A stretch of DNA of 38,293 nt from Octopus sinensis (Eukaryota), in the NCBI RefSeq assembly GCF_006345805.1, contig NW_021835848.1:1-38293 (forward strand), in the 5' to 3' direction. Below, one piece after another: positions 20,903 through 34,285 of the stretch; positions within the stretch are counted from its first letter, which is position 1; every line of letters starts with the position of its first letter. The position numbers were made by a program, and so were the translations under genes. Below the pieces are notes generated by a model that saw nothing but the letters and a program-made list of their open reading frames with translations, had not been told where the DNA came from and did no database searches.

Positions 20903-22070
20903 TACAAGGGACGGTTGAAAAGCTCAATGGCTAACATACATGGGATATGACCAAATGAGGTTATTTATTAACATAGTCCCTTTTTCAGTCGACACACTAC
21001 TTCCATTGGTGCTGAATTTCATTAGTGAAGAAGCTTTCATCCTGTTGGTAAAATGTCATCAACAGCAGATATGACATTATCATCACTGTAATACTGGTCC
21101 CAGAACAAGTTTTTCCGTGTTGAAGAACACACGATAGGTTCAAAGCCATAGTCAAGCACAGCAGCCATTGAAGCAAACGGTTTGTGTACTGGAGAATTTT
21201 CCTCATGAAAGAAGAGCCCTTTTACAGTTTTCCCGGGAGTTTGGACTTGATCGCTTTTCGTAACTACCTCAGCAGGTGGGCATATTACTATCTATTGATT
21301 GCATGACACTTTTAAAAATAGTCAAGAAATACAACGCCTTTTGCATCCCCCAAAACTGAGGTCATCACCTTCCCTGCAGATGAAGCGACCTTGGCCTCCT
21401 TTGGAGGAAGTGAGGTGGGGTGTTTTCGTTGCATGGATTGTCTCTTTGTCTCTGGCTTAAAGTGATGAACCAAACATTCATCTTGGCTTAGGAAACTATC
21501 AAGGAAACCAACTGGATCTGCCTCAACAACGTCAGATTTTCCCGTGATGTTATCGGCCTGTGGTTTTCAGCAGATGTAAGAGGAGATAGTACCCAGGAGA
21601 AACCTGCCAAGTCCATTGTCCAGAATATTCTCAACACTTTCATGGACTATGTTAATAGCATTGGCTACTTGATTTAAGGTCAATCGCCTGCCTTGCATCA
21701 TCGGTAGTAGCAGTTGTAGAATGTCCAGACCTTAGGTAAACCTCAAGACTCTTCCTTCATCTAAATTCAGCTTCCCCCCTTTACACTGTTAATAAAGCTG
21801 GTGCGCCATCCCCTAATGTAGCAACCATGTTAGCATGAATGGCCTTGGGAGCTAAACCCTTTTTCTGCAGGCACTTGATAGCACCAGGATGCCAAATTTT
21901 GTCTATTTCAAAGACTAGTAGCTACTAGTTACTTTTGATGTGAGTTTACCTGCAAAGAAATAATGCTGTTTATTACTAAGGAGAGTTGAAGTTAATGCAT
22001 GCAAAATTTCGCAGCTCTACCATCAATCCTTCGAATATTCCGTCAATGAACATTTTAGCCCACCCACGTA
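20903..22070 (-). mobile_element. decayed, near full-length mariner transposon (irritans-like), transposase pseudogene
   Basis: TA-flanked imperfect TIRs (tacaagggacggttgaaaagctca / tgaacattttagcccacccacgta); minus strand gives DKIWHPGAIKCLQKKG, QDE../VHHFKPETKRQSMQ, SAGKVMTSV..DAKGVVFLDY, HEENSPVH, QQDESFF..QWK..KGDYV with stops and frameshifts. Confidence 0.9.
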
Positions 22071-22528
22071 AGTAACAACTTATTCTATTATTCGAATAAT
22101 CATACACATTTGATTACCGATTAGCTACGAAACTTCATATAGTAAATTAATTTACAATTAACGTATAGCGTATTTTAAAAACATCGTTTTGCTAGTAGTG
22201 CTTTAAAAAAAATAATACAAATGTTTCATTATATACGCATGAATGTAAGTATTATTTAATTAAGACTGCAAAGGGGATAACTTAGCATTTAAAAAAGTTT
22301 ATTTGAAACATTATTTGATTTAATTATTTAATCACATATTGTTTCTTTTGATCTTGAATTAAAATATTCTGATAATCTTGATTGTAATTTCATATATACA
22401 CTACATGCAATTAAAAGGCTCTGGTATGCTCAATTTGAAGTCTTGCCAATCTTTATGTCACAGGTCGCTTTTCAATCGATGTCAAAAGTTTAAGAGTATT
22501 TCCCCACAAGATTTCCCAAACCAGCGGA

Positions 22529-22594
22529 ATATATATATATATATATTATATATATATATGTATAAAAACACACACACACACACACACAAACACA

Positions 22595-22636
<42 letters not shown>

Positions 22637-22683
22637 ATATTATATACATACATATATATATTATATTATTATATATATATAAT

Positions 22684-22729
<46 letters not shown>

Positions 22730-22893
22730 CAACATATATATATATATATATAAAATATACATATATATATATCATATATATATATATACATATATATATA
22801 TAACATTATATATATATATATATATATATATATAACCCATATATATATACATATATATATATATATATTATATATACACACATATATATATAT
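22529..22893. repeat. (TA)n/(CA)n microsatellite
   Basis: direct reading. Confidence 0.95.
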
Positions 22894-23405
22894 ACAAATT
22901 TGAGGTTGGAGGAATCTTGGAAAGAAAGTCTTGACGCATTCCCTGGTGGGGAAAATGCTTCTTCAGCTTTAATTGATATTGAATATATGAATAAATTTAT
23001 TAGAAGGTATTGTCCCTCGATAGGATAATGAAATCTAATTTATTTAGCAGAATTCGAATCGAAGAAACATTCAATATCATTTTTAACCTCTCTATAATCA
23101 ATGCACTGTTGTCCCTATAAATAATGTTCAACAGTCTGAAAAGTTAGTATTATAAAATATATCTACATATAGTATTTTAAATTCCCTCCGTTGCCAGTTG
23201 TTATATTGTGATTCAGTATAAACTAAAATCACTGAACGAAAGATGGGGGAGTTAGTATCAATTGTAAATAACGTGAAAAGGTAGATTAAATTATGCGTTT
23301 GACATAAATGAATATCGGTAGTTCTTAACAAACTACCAGCATGTTTGTATATTAAGATAATTCCATTTTAGGTTTCTACAATGAGTTTTTTAAGCTCTAC
23401 AATTT
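22894..23405 (-). mobile_element. PLE-like remnant between (TA)n tracts with decayed hammerhead
   Basis: minus strand aaag-CUGAAGA(22960-22966)-a-gcatt..ccc/ggg-aatgc..cttt, GAAA lost; upstream HLCQTHNLIYL weakly resembles the GIY-YIG CxxxNLIY motif. Confidence 0.45.
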
Positions 23406-23463
23406 ATGTATAAACACACATATATATATATACTATATTATATATATACACATATATATATAC

Positions 23464-23541
<78 letters not shown>

Positions 23542-23554
23542 ATATATATTATAC

Positions 23555-23585
<31 letters not shown>

Positions 23586-23606
23586 CTATATATATGTATA
23601 TGTGTA

Positions 23607-23640
<34 letters not shown>

Positions 23641-24281
23641 CATAAATATATAATATATAGACATATATAATATACATTAATATATGTGTGTATATATATA
23701 TATATAGACATATATATATATACATATATTATATACATATATATATACATTATATACATATATATACATATATATATATACATATATATATTATACATAT
23801 ATATATTACATATATAATATATATACATATATATATATTATGTGTATATATATATATACATATATATATATATACATATAATATACATATATATATATAT
23901 AAATATATATATAGAATATATATTAATATATATATACATATACATATATATATATTACATATATATACACATATATATATACACACATATATATATAAAC
24001 CTATATATATATATACATATAAATATATATATACACATATATACACATATATATATACATATATATATATCACATATATATATATACATATATATATATA
24101 CACATTATATATATATATATATATATATACATAATATATATACACACATATATATATATATACATATATATATAATATACACACATATATATATATGTAT
24201 ATAATATATATATGTGTGTGAGTGTTTCTGTGTGTTTTAATACATATATATATATAATATATATATATGCGTGTGTGGTTT

Positions 24282-24319
<38 letters not shown>

Positions 24320-24490
24320 TACATACATACATACATACATACATACATAGAGACAGACAGACATATCCATGCACAAGCATGTACATACACACAAACAGAC
24401 ACACACACATACAAATACACACAGTCACACATACGCACGCACACACTCTCACATGCGCATATAAAACATGCATGTGCGCACTCACACGCT
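23406..24490. repeat. long (TA)n/(TACA)n/(CA)n microsatellite complex
   Basis: direct reading. Confidence 0.95.
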
Positions 24491-25199
24491 TCTCTGGAAG
24501 TTATGGCGTTTCAAACGTTAGTAAAATCCGAGATGTATGCTGCCACTTTTCCAAGTTTTTCATTTCTTAACTCTTTTCTTAGTTAAGAGCGAAATATTAT
24601 TACGAAATGCGGCACCACCTTCCCTGCATATCAACAAAGACATGTGAATATTTGAACATCAGGACGTACTCCCACGTTCCCACGAATAAGCTTAACCGTA
24701 AATGTACTCCCTTGTTGCATGCTTCTTCCGATATGATAAAAGAAATATATTCTCTCATTTTGAAAGAAATGTTTCCATAAAGACTTGTATATATGTTTCC
24801 ATATAGACTTGTATATATTTCAATGCACATTTGGATATCCATCCGTGTGGATAACCCCAATCTTTCCCTCGGTTATGCGCACGCAAGTTATTTGCTCTGA
24901 AAGTAAGAGAATCGAATTCGTTCACATATACAGCGTCTAGAATATCTCTTTTATCGGTGCTTCATTAGAATTGCGTGTTGTATTGGCTGATAATGGATTA
25001 AAATAGGCTTGACGTTAACGGAATGTAAAACACCTGTCTTACATTGGTATAGCATGAACTGACTGAAAAATAGAAAATTCTTTTACGAAAAGTAGGAAAA
25101 GAGAAATATGTAGGTGCTTCAGAGGAACATGAAATACAAACTGCAAACATGTTAACGTTTGCGATAAATACACAAAAACACTCTCATAAACATAAGCAT

Positions 25200-25340
25200 A
25201 CACACGTACGCACATATGCATACCACTATATATATACACATATATGCAGAAAAGTTTATATAACATATATCCATGCATGTATACGTATATATATATATAT
25301 AAATATATATATATATGTATATATATTACGTATACATGTA

Positions 25341-25411
<71 letters not shown>

Positions 25412-25640
25412 ATATGTGTATGTATATATATATATATATATACATTCATATGTGAGTGTGTGTGTACATCTGTACGTGTGTGTATATATATATATATATA
25501 CATTCATATGTCAGTGTGTGTGTACATCTGTATGTGTGTGTGTATATATATATATGATTTATTTGTGTGTGTGTGTGTGAACTCAAATCTAAGTACGTAC
25601 GTATAAACACACTGCTATATGAACAATATAAAAACGAATG

Positions 25641-25696
<56 letters not shown>

Positions 25697-25730
25697 TACA
25701 CATGTATGCATATATACATATATTTATATA
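25200..25730. repeat. TA/TG microsatellite with a 58-bp tandem duplication (about 25421-25540) and (GATA)n 25645-25695
   Basis: tacattcatatgt(g/c)agtgtgtgtgtacatctgta repeated at 25441 and 25499. Confidence 0.9.
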
Positions 25731-26125
25731 TGTAAATTGATTTTGCACGCCAGCAAATAGCTGCATATATCAAATATCTTCCTTCGTTTTTCCTAGGAGA
25801 TGCTTCAGGAAAATATGCTATCAGTTAGGTAATTATTTTTGCTTACTACAGCGGAAGAAAATATGGTTGTTGTGACCTCATGTCTTAACCAAAGGGACTA
25901 GTGATTTAATACAATAGGGGAACTCGTCTAACTGGGAATTTACATGTATGCAACGACTACGGTCTCACGTTTCGGTGTTAAAATCGCTTACATACAAGCA
26001 CTCACATTCGCATGCACAGATACTCACACGCATATATAACATCTATATGTATTTATATATATATATTCATAACTATATATACACACAAAACACACACTCA
26101 CATACACACATGTATACATATATAT

Positions 26126-26173
<48 letters not shown>

Positions 26174-26757
26174 TATGTATATGTTGGTATGTGTGTGTAT
26201 GTATTACATAAACATTACAAACGTAGAATATATTTAGAAATCGTTGTGTATGTGTGTGTCTGCGTCTGCTTGTATGTGTCTCTATGCGTGTGTGTGGTTA
26301 TGTCCATGTATGTGTATGTGTGTGCGTGCATATTATGTTTAATAGAAACATTTATTCTCGCTGTGAAAACATAATCCGTGATTGAATCGCAATGTCTTCT
26401 GTAGCTGAGTGAGCAATCGGCAGTCGATTGCTTCATGTATCTCGAGACTTCACAGACTGGCTTATTTCAACCGTCAGCAACCGAAGTCAGGAGCAATATA
26501 TTTTCTGAAAAGCATAAACACATTGATGCTATCATAAATTTGTTTATATGCTATAAGATGTTTATTATTAGATACATACACATTCACACACTCACACACA
26601 CACGCGTGCAATCAGACATCGCACATGCACGCACGGGCATGCACACGCGCGTGCATATACATATTTATGTGTATATAGTGTTCATTAATAAATGTACGAA
26701 CTTAGGAGTTCCGTGTACATACACGTCTATGTAAAAGACCGCATTGGACCGTTAGTA

Positions 26758-27313
26758 TTAGGTTGTCCGGAAAGTTCGTGCCGATTTATAGTAGCTTACC
26801 TTTCGACTTATTTTATAACATGGTTGACTCCATAAAATAGGATTTGACTACACCTCCATTTAGAACTCAGTTTAAGCTATCTTTTCTTGGAACAAGGTTT
26901 ATGTTCCTATAAGCTGTGTTAATTCTGTAATCCTTTAAAATGGAAGATAAGAAAGTTCATATTCGGCACTTGATGCTTTGGCAACCAGACAAAAATTGCT
27001 GCAGCTCGGCTGGGATGTGTTACCCCACCCTCCATATTCACCAGATATTGCTCTTTCGGATTTCCCCTTATTCAGGTATCTGCAGAATAGTCTTAATGAT
27101 AAAAATTTCAGTTCCTTGGATGACCTAAAAAGATACTTTTTGCCATGAAACCACCTCAATTCTGGGAAGAGGTTAATTACAAGTTAATAGAAAGATGGAG
27201 ACGCATTGTACAAGAAAATGGTTCATATTTGGTTGATTAAAAATGTAATGGCAAGTATTTACTGACCTTTTCCTTTCCTTTAAAAATCGGCACGAACTTT
27301 CCGGACAACCCAA
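26758..27313 (+). mobile_element. internally deleted mariner (556 bp), TA TSD, 30-bp TIRs
   Basis: TA|ttaggttgtccggaaagttcgtgccgattt ... aaatcggcacgaactttccggacaacccaa|TA; MEDKKVHIRHLMLW (26940) joined out of frame to TRQKLLQLGWDVLPHPPYSPDIALSDFPLFRYLQ...ERWRRIVQENGSYLVD*. Confidence 0.95.
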
Positions 27314-27331
27314 TACAATGTCAGCGCTTCT

Positions 27332-27366
<35 letters not shown>

Positions 27367-27540
27367 TACATATATACGACAGGCTTCTTTCAGTTTCCGT
27401 CTACCAAATCCACTCACAAGGCATTGGTCGGCCCGGGGCTATAGCAGAAGACACTCGCCCAAGATGCCACGCAGTGGGATTGAACCTGGAACAATGTGGT
27501 TGGTTAGCAAGCTCCTTACCACACAGCCACTCCTGCGCCT
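27332..27540 (-). mobile_element. 5' half of SINE family A, ending at its internal microsatellite
   Basis: 27376-27540 is the reverse complement of 1252-1416; 3' half absent. Confidence 0.88.
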
Positions 27541-27869
27541 ATATGTATATTTTTGCTGATGATGTATTCTTTCTTTGTTCAGTTGTGACGTGACATTTGC
27601 GTTTCTGAGAGTCATCAGAAAGGTGAAATCACTTAAGCTGATTTTTCTTACTAAACTGCCGAAAATTTTGTATGTAATCAAAATTTATTTCCTCGCTGAG
27701 ACTAAATTTTTCAGATAACTCTCTCTGTTCTTCTTGTTTTATATGCCTGCATTTTCTACAATATAGATCGAAACGTTTTAAATGGATGGTAAGCAAACAA
27801 GTTGTAGGCTTTCAGCTTCGGGTTTTATCGCGTTTTGTTTTGGAAATCTATATTGTTTTGCTTCTGATG

Positions 27870-28097
27870 AAGGCGGCGAGCTGGCAGAAACGGTAGCACG
27901 CCGGGTGAAATGCGTAGCCGTATTTCGTCTGCCGTTACGTTTTGAGTTCAAATTCCGCCGAGGTTGATTTGCCTTTCATCCTTTCGGGGTCGATAAATTA
28001 AGTACCAGTTACGCACTGGGGTCGATGGAATCGACTTAATCGCTTTGTCTGTCCTTGTTTTTTTCCCCTCTGTGTTTAGCCCCTTGTGGGTAGTAAA
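27870..28097 (+). mobile_element. full-length Meta-domain SINE (family C) with 26-bp perfect flanking direct repeat
   Basis: head aggcggcgagctggcagaa, B-box-like gagttcaaattcc, core gcctttcatcctttcggggtcgataaattaagtacc; gaaatctatattgttttgcttctgat at 27843-27868 and 28098-28123. Confidence 0.92.
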
Positions 28098-28299
28098 GAA
28101 ATCTATATTGTTTTGCTTCTGATAACTCTTCTGTGTTGACTCTTGTGTGTTAACCTTATCGTAACTTAAATTCACTATGTTAACCGTTTTTATAACAGTA
28201 AGATGAACAACGACTTGAAGCCATCGAAAAATTAGGGTTTACACAGATTGTAATGTTAGTAAAATAATAAAGCTTGTCTTTACCATCTTAAAGGTGACA

Positions 28300-28660
28300 T
28301 ATTAGTCCATTATATTCGTTACTCGGAACGAAGATTAGATCTATATATGTTCCACTACCACATCTGGTTCCTTCCTTCAAACATATGGCCAATATTATGC
28401 AGTGATGTCATGAAATTCAGTGATTAAACTTAGCCCTGATAACCTCTAGTTAGTGTTTATACTACGCTTCTGTTAAATCAAATCAACTAAATTGGATAAA
28501 ACCCTACCAGACCTTTTTACCGACCATACCTGCATTTATATGTTTGTTTTCTCTTCTTTTTTTGTGCAAGCCAAGTACATTCGTTGAACAACTGATTCAT
28601 TCTTTCGTCCACTTTTCCACAAAATTGGCGTCTGGTATCTGACTGAGCAGCTGTTTTATT
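28300..28660 (-). pseudogene. very decayed R4/Dong-like RLE LINE fragment (CCHC finger plus PD-(D/E)xK region)
   Basis: minus strand NKTAAQSDTRRQFCGKVDERMNQLFNECTWLAQK (cf. CRxCGxxDETxxHxxSxCxxLAQKEY), then RKEPDVVV and YIDLIFVP. Confidence 0.5.
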
Positions 28661-31349
28661 TCAATTATCATTTACCAAAATTTATTTTTTAAATATTTTT
28701 ATAGACAAATCAACATAACCAACGGTGACATCATAATATTAATCAGCAGGTGGACCATAATTAATAATTTTATTAGATACCATTGAATTTCTTTCTATCT
28801 TTTGTTCGTCGCATCTTGATGCATCAAAATCTTAGTAAGACCAAATTTACAGAGAATAACGGAAGAGTATTACATACAAGTTCTTTGCGAGGAAATTATA
28901 AAAATAGCATTGCAATGTTTTTATAAGCAACATAACTCTAAAACAGATCTACAAGATTTTTTACTTATATTTGTGTCTAAATATCAAATGTAGGTGTTTG
29001 TAAAATTTGCAACTACGTATACAATAGTAGTCAATAAGCTGCTTCTATTTTGTGTATTTATTTTGACAAAGTTTTTTACGCTAAATTCGTGATGTTCACA
29101 GAATATGTTTAGTATAAGCAATGATAATATCAGAGACGTTATGTAACGGAGCGATACAATAATTTTCTTAAAATTCGTAAACAACAATCACATCAACCAA
29201 CAATATAAATACAATTGTTTACGTTTAGAAAAATCCTGGGAAAATAAATACATAGGCCATATTCTATTTACGACATCGTCTGAAGCACGTTATCATCGTC
29301 TTAGAACTTTAGATCTTCCAACGTTTTCATAAACTGAAGACATGCACTAGACAAACAACCTGCAAGGGAATATTATATGGAGTTGTTTCTTTCTTCTTTG
29401 ATAAGATTTATTTCGTTTCGTTTTGTTTTGCTTTTGCTCTTCTTTCTTATCATATTTCTTGTTTATTTTTTTAAGGTTTTTTACTCAGAATTTTAGGAAT
29501 TTCAGTCTTTCTGTTATTGTTTATGGTATCTTGAATAACACAGAGTAATGGTAATGTTCCATTTCTGTTTCCTCGGTGATTTGGTTTATTTCTTTATTTC
29601 TTAATTTCGACTGAACTGATAAGAGATTCTTTACAATTTCTGCAAAGGTCACTTGAGAAATTTAGAAAAATTAGTCACATAGATAGTTGAAACAGGGAAC
29701 AAAAATAGAATCAGCTACTCAGTTATCTCTCCAAAGATCTCCTTTGTGGGTGGTTTTAGTGCAAACATGGTTTCAAAACTATAATTAGGAACAAAATATT
29801 TTTTCCCAACTTTAATCAATAGAAAACTTGCAACGCTTTTCCGATAAAAGAAAGATATTCTAGTTAGATATATCATACATAAAATAATTAGATGTTTCTT
29901 CATTTGTAAGATCATTATGAACTCTGAAGTGTAGGTGTTTTCAATTTACAGTTACGACAATAAAATATTAACGTTTCGTATAATTCACCTTTATTGTACT
30001 CTAATTCGTTATGCCAATATATACAACTGCCGTATGGAAGTGTAGTGTAAGAATTGTATTTTAGCTGTGTAATTTAAATTGCTTGTTATAGTGAATATCC
30101 ATTTGTGGAAATATAAATACTGCACTAGACTATCACATTTAGCACCTCATACTGCTATCATTTGAAGTGATAAAATCAAAGAAATACTCACACATAAATT
30201 TTATTATCAACATAATTTTATCTTCAGATCAGCTGGTTCCTGAATCCCTGTTGAATCCGGAATCCCTTCATAATAACTTATAATCTCCAATGATTATCTT
30301 ATTTCTGTCAGTTTATTGTTTGCTTCCTTTATTTTTCAGCGCTTTATGAATAACCCATTTTAATTTAATTTATTTTATTTCATTATAATTTAATTTATTC
30401 TTCATAATTTATGTTGATGTATTCTATACCACTGCAATTATCTGAGAATGTCATATGACAAAGATTGTGACCAGACATTTAGAAGCGATAATGAGAAACA
30501 AAGTGCTGGTGTATGGACGAGCGGTAGAGGAAATGCGGTTTACTCAAGAAGAAATGAAATTTTGGCAAATTTTGTATGTATACATGTATGCATGGATAGA
30601 TGGGTACAGAAATGAATTGACGGTCGGATGGACGGCTGAATGGTTGGATGGATGGATGGGTATATGCAAACACAAAGGATATACAATCAATGATACACTG
30701 AATGAGAGTGCTGTACACACTCATTTTCATGAAGACGAATCCAGTCTTGTTGATACTGACCGAATTCTAATATTTTCCATATTATTAACATTAACGTATA
30801 CATACACGTACGCGTAAACACACAGACACACACATGCACGCACAAACATGCACACACACCTCATAGCTAAATATATCCATGCTGGAAGTCAACTTGTGAC
30901 GTCTAAACATAGTAAATTCATGCAAATGTTCGAGTAGTCAACGACATTCTTGTGATTGAATCTGTTTGAGTGGAGAATGTATTGCACAGAACTGAAAAGG
31001 TTTTTTCAACGCAGTCAGCTATAACACCAGCGGCACAACAGCGTCTGAGACCAACAACGCTTCAGATTTTCTTCTAAATTAAGCTAGGGGTCTTTCACTC
31101 GCAGTGGTTCACATGTTAGTTAACACATAGCTGCATCAGAGTAAACCTGAAGACGATAGACAGATAGAGAGAGGAGAGAATGAGAGAGAGGGATAAATAT
31201 ATACGTTTGTTTCGACACTTCAAGCATCGAACTCTCACAGTTGGAATACTGAACATGCGTCTCTCTCACTAATGAAATACCTAACGAATACTGAGCCAGT
31301 TAACGTACTTCACCGCAAACTAACAGGTGTATAACTTATGTCTTATTAA

Positions 31350-31374
31350 CTAATAATATATATAAATGCATATA

Positions 31375-31412
<38 letters not shown>

Positions 31413-31506
31413 TTGTGTACATATATATATATATGTGTGTACATATATATATATATGTATACCTATAGATATATATATATATATATATGTATACCTATAT
31501 ATATAT

Positions 31507-31540
<34 letters not shown>

Positions 31541-31544
31541 CATA

Positions 31545-31588
<44 letters not shown>

Positions 31589-31595
31589 TATACAT
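31350..31595. repeat. (TA)n microsatellite
   Basis: direct reading. Confidence 0.95.
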
Positions 31596-31737
31596 AAAAG
31601 CAATAAATGGTACAACGAAGTACCGATATTTACTGGAAAATAGCGAACGTAATAAATACGACGCTAATGTATAGCTTCACTGCGTATGTACTAGCAAAAA
31701 TGCGTGTGTGCAACAAACTTGAAAAAAATTGTCTTAC

Positions 31738-31752
31738 CTCCAGGGAGAACAT
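31738..31752 (-). other. candidate microexon (or 3' end of a longer exon) with strong splice signals
   Basis: tttcatctttcAG|ATGTTCTCCCTGGAG|GTAAGA on the minus strand. Confidence 0.25.
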
Positions 31753-32020
31753 CTGAAAGATGAAATACCTACAAAGGGATAATGTGGTACCGGTTTCAGA
31801 TTTTTCAAAATATGTCTGCACACATATACTTGATTTATCTTCATCAGCCAACATTTACATTGACAACATTTCAAATGTTGCCACACCCATGCCAATACAC
31901 TCGACTGAACGCCAAGACGTTAACAGAACGAGAACAGTGAAGAAGTTTCAATAAAAATAGTAATGCAATACGAAAGTATTGCTTTCCACTAAAGAATAGC
32001 CCGTGATGGAAAATTATTTT

Positions 32021-32221
<201 letters not shown>

Positions 32222-32454
32222 GGCAGAGAGAAAGGAAGAAAGATAAGTTCGAGAGACCTGACCTTATCAGAATTTTCTACATTTTAGAGAGAATGTGAAA
32301 TAATTCATCGACTATTTTCAGTCCAAAATTTACATGCTAATATTTACAACTATATGTATTTCAAACTCCTCAAAACCCTGAAACCTCCGAATCAGGTCTC
32401 AACTCTAAATGCAGTTTGAAGTCATACTCATCCATGCACTCATAGATGCATGCA

Positions 32455-32547
32455 TATATACATACATGCATACATACATACATACATACATACATACATA
32501 CATACATACATACATACATACATACTACATACATACATACATACATA
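32455..32547. repeat. (CATA)n microsatellite
   Basis: direct reading. Confidence 0.95.
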
Positions 32548-34121
32548 ATGGCTGCAACTTGATTTCAAGTAATGCCACCGGTTCTAAAATATGAGTAATA
32601 CAGAGGTGAAAACGATTGACGCCAGGAATAGTTCTGAAGGATTATCAATCACGTTGACACATGCCTTCATTCCGCTATGGAAATTGTGTTTGAGACTTTG
32701 CCTTTGTGGACTACGACCAAACATTGTTTGCAACACATAATAGAGATGTTAAAATTCAAGTAATGTCTTTATTTGAAGCTTTCTAACATGAGGAAAGGCT
32801 ATACGCAGATCAAGTGCCATTCTCTGAACGAACAGCGAATGCATTCTCTTAAAGACAAATGCGTCTAGATCACTGGATGCAAATGGAATCAAAGGCGTTA
32901 CACCTAGTTTTCTTTCTCCAAGAGAGGTGTTTAAACAAAGACTAGGGGTCCTCTTGCACCCATAGCTATTAGATGCCCTCTGATGCTACTCAGTTCATCC
33001 GCATTTTTGTTTTTCATCCGGTATGGTGCACACCAAAGACCATCCTCTCTACCTTACAGGCTTGGTAGGCTTGGCGGTATAACCACCGACGACCCGAACA
33101 AGGAACAGGTGGTGTTAGGTTACATATTGCTAGTAGCACTAAGATTGACTTAACAATACATATGTTCATACATACAGGAAAACATTCACGTGTGCATAAG
33201 TTTCTGAATAATGCGTGGGACTCTTTGTGTATTCTGAAATATTACTCTCACGATGAATATCATTATTAACTCTAGTGCAAGAAACACATAATTCAAAATT
33301 CATTTTAATTTATATTCTTTAATCACATATGATCGATGTTTTCTTGTTAATTTCTAAAAGCGAGAAACATGTCTTCCAGCATTGAATTTTCTTGTGTCCG
33401 ATATTTAGACGCGTTGTCGCCAATAAGTGATTATTGTTGCTACTATCGTAGTCCAATCAGAACAATTATATATTATTTATTGATATTTTGTTAAATTATG
33501 TAAAAATTGATGACAAATATTTCTATTACAATGCAGGTGAATATAATATCTTTTTTTCCGATGTTGCTTATAAATATTCATTTACTCAATTATTTATGAA
33601 TTTATTGCATCGGCTCCGACTTAGTTCATATCTCATAAAATATTAGCAGCAGAGGAACTTCAGCTCTATGTCTAAACATGCTTAAAATCTGGCTAAAATC
33701 ACGCTCTGCCGTCTTCGAAAAGGTAGAATACGTTAGATAATATAATTCCGTATAAGCTATGCCTTTTAAATAGAGGCGCTGACCAGATTTGAAAATTCTT
33801 TTGTCATTTACCTGATCGACGCTAAAGATAATAGTTCTTGTAAAGCATTTTATTTTAGGATGGTTCAGTTCAATGTAATGTTCTTAGTTATTTTCGTGGC
33901 TGTGGTATTTATGCTGGATAGTAGAAATAGGAAAGAATATATACTAGGTTAGGTAAGAAAGGCCATGCATTTGTTTCACATCAACTACCATATATTGGGC
34001 AATGGAAACACGTGTAGGTCGACCTAACCACAAACATGCGGTATGAAATTGTAAAATAAAAGGAAATAAGTTTTGTGAATGTACCAGTCTCCATATTCTC
34101 TATCGTTATAATTACTGTATA

Positions 34122-34162
<41 letters not shown>

Positions 34163-34246
34163 TATATATACATATACATAAGTATATGTACTTACTTACA
34201 TCTATTCGTATATATATATTATATATATATATATATATGTATATAT

Positions 34247-34285
<39 letters not shown>

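Noticed and set aside
24770-24817. 24-bp tandem duplication atgtttccata(a/t)agacttgtatat
   Set aside because: Ordinary two-copy slippage duplication; no spacers, not CRISPR-like
30190-30290. Exon-like segment (SYYEGIPDSTGIQEPADLK on minus; QLVPESLLNPESLHNNL on plus)
   Set aside because: The frame closes before the nearby donor and there is no matching acceptor/donor pair
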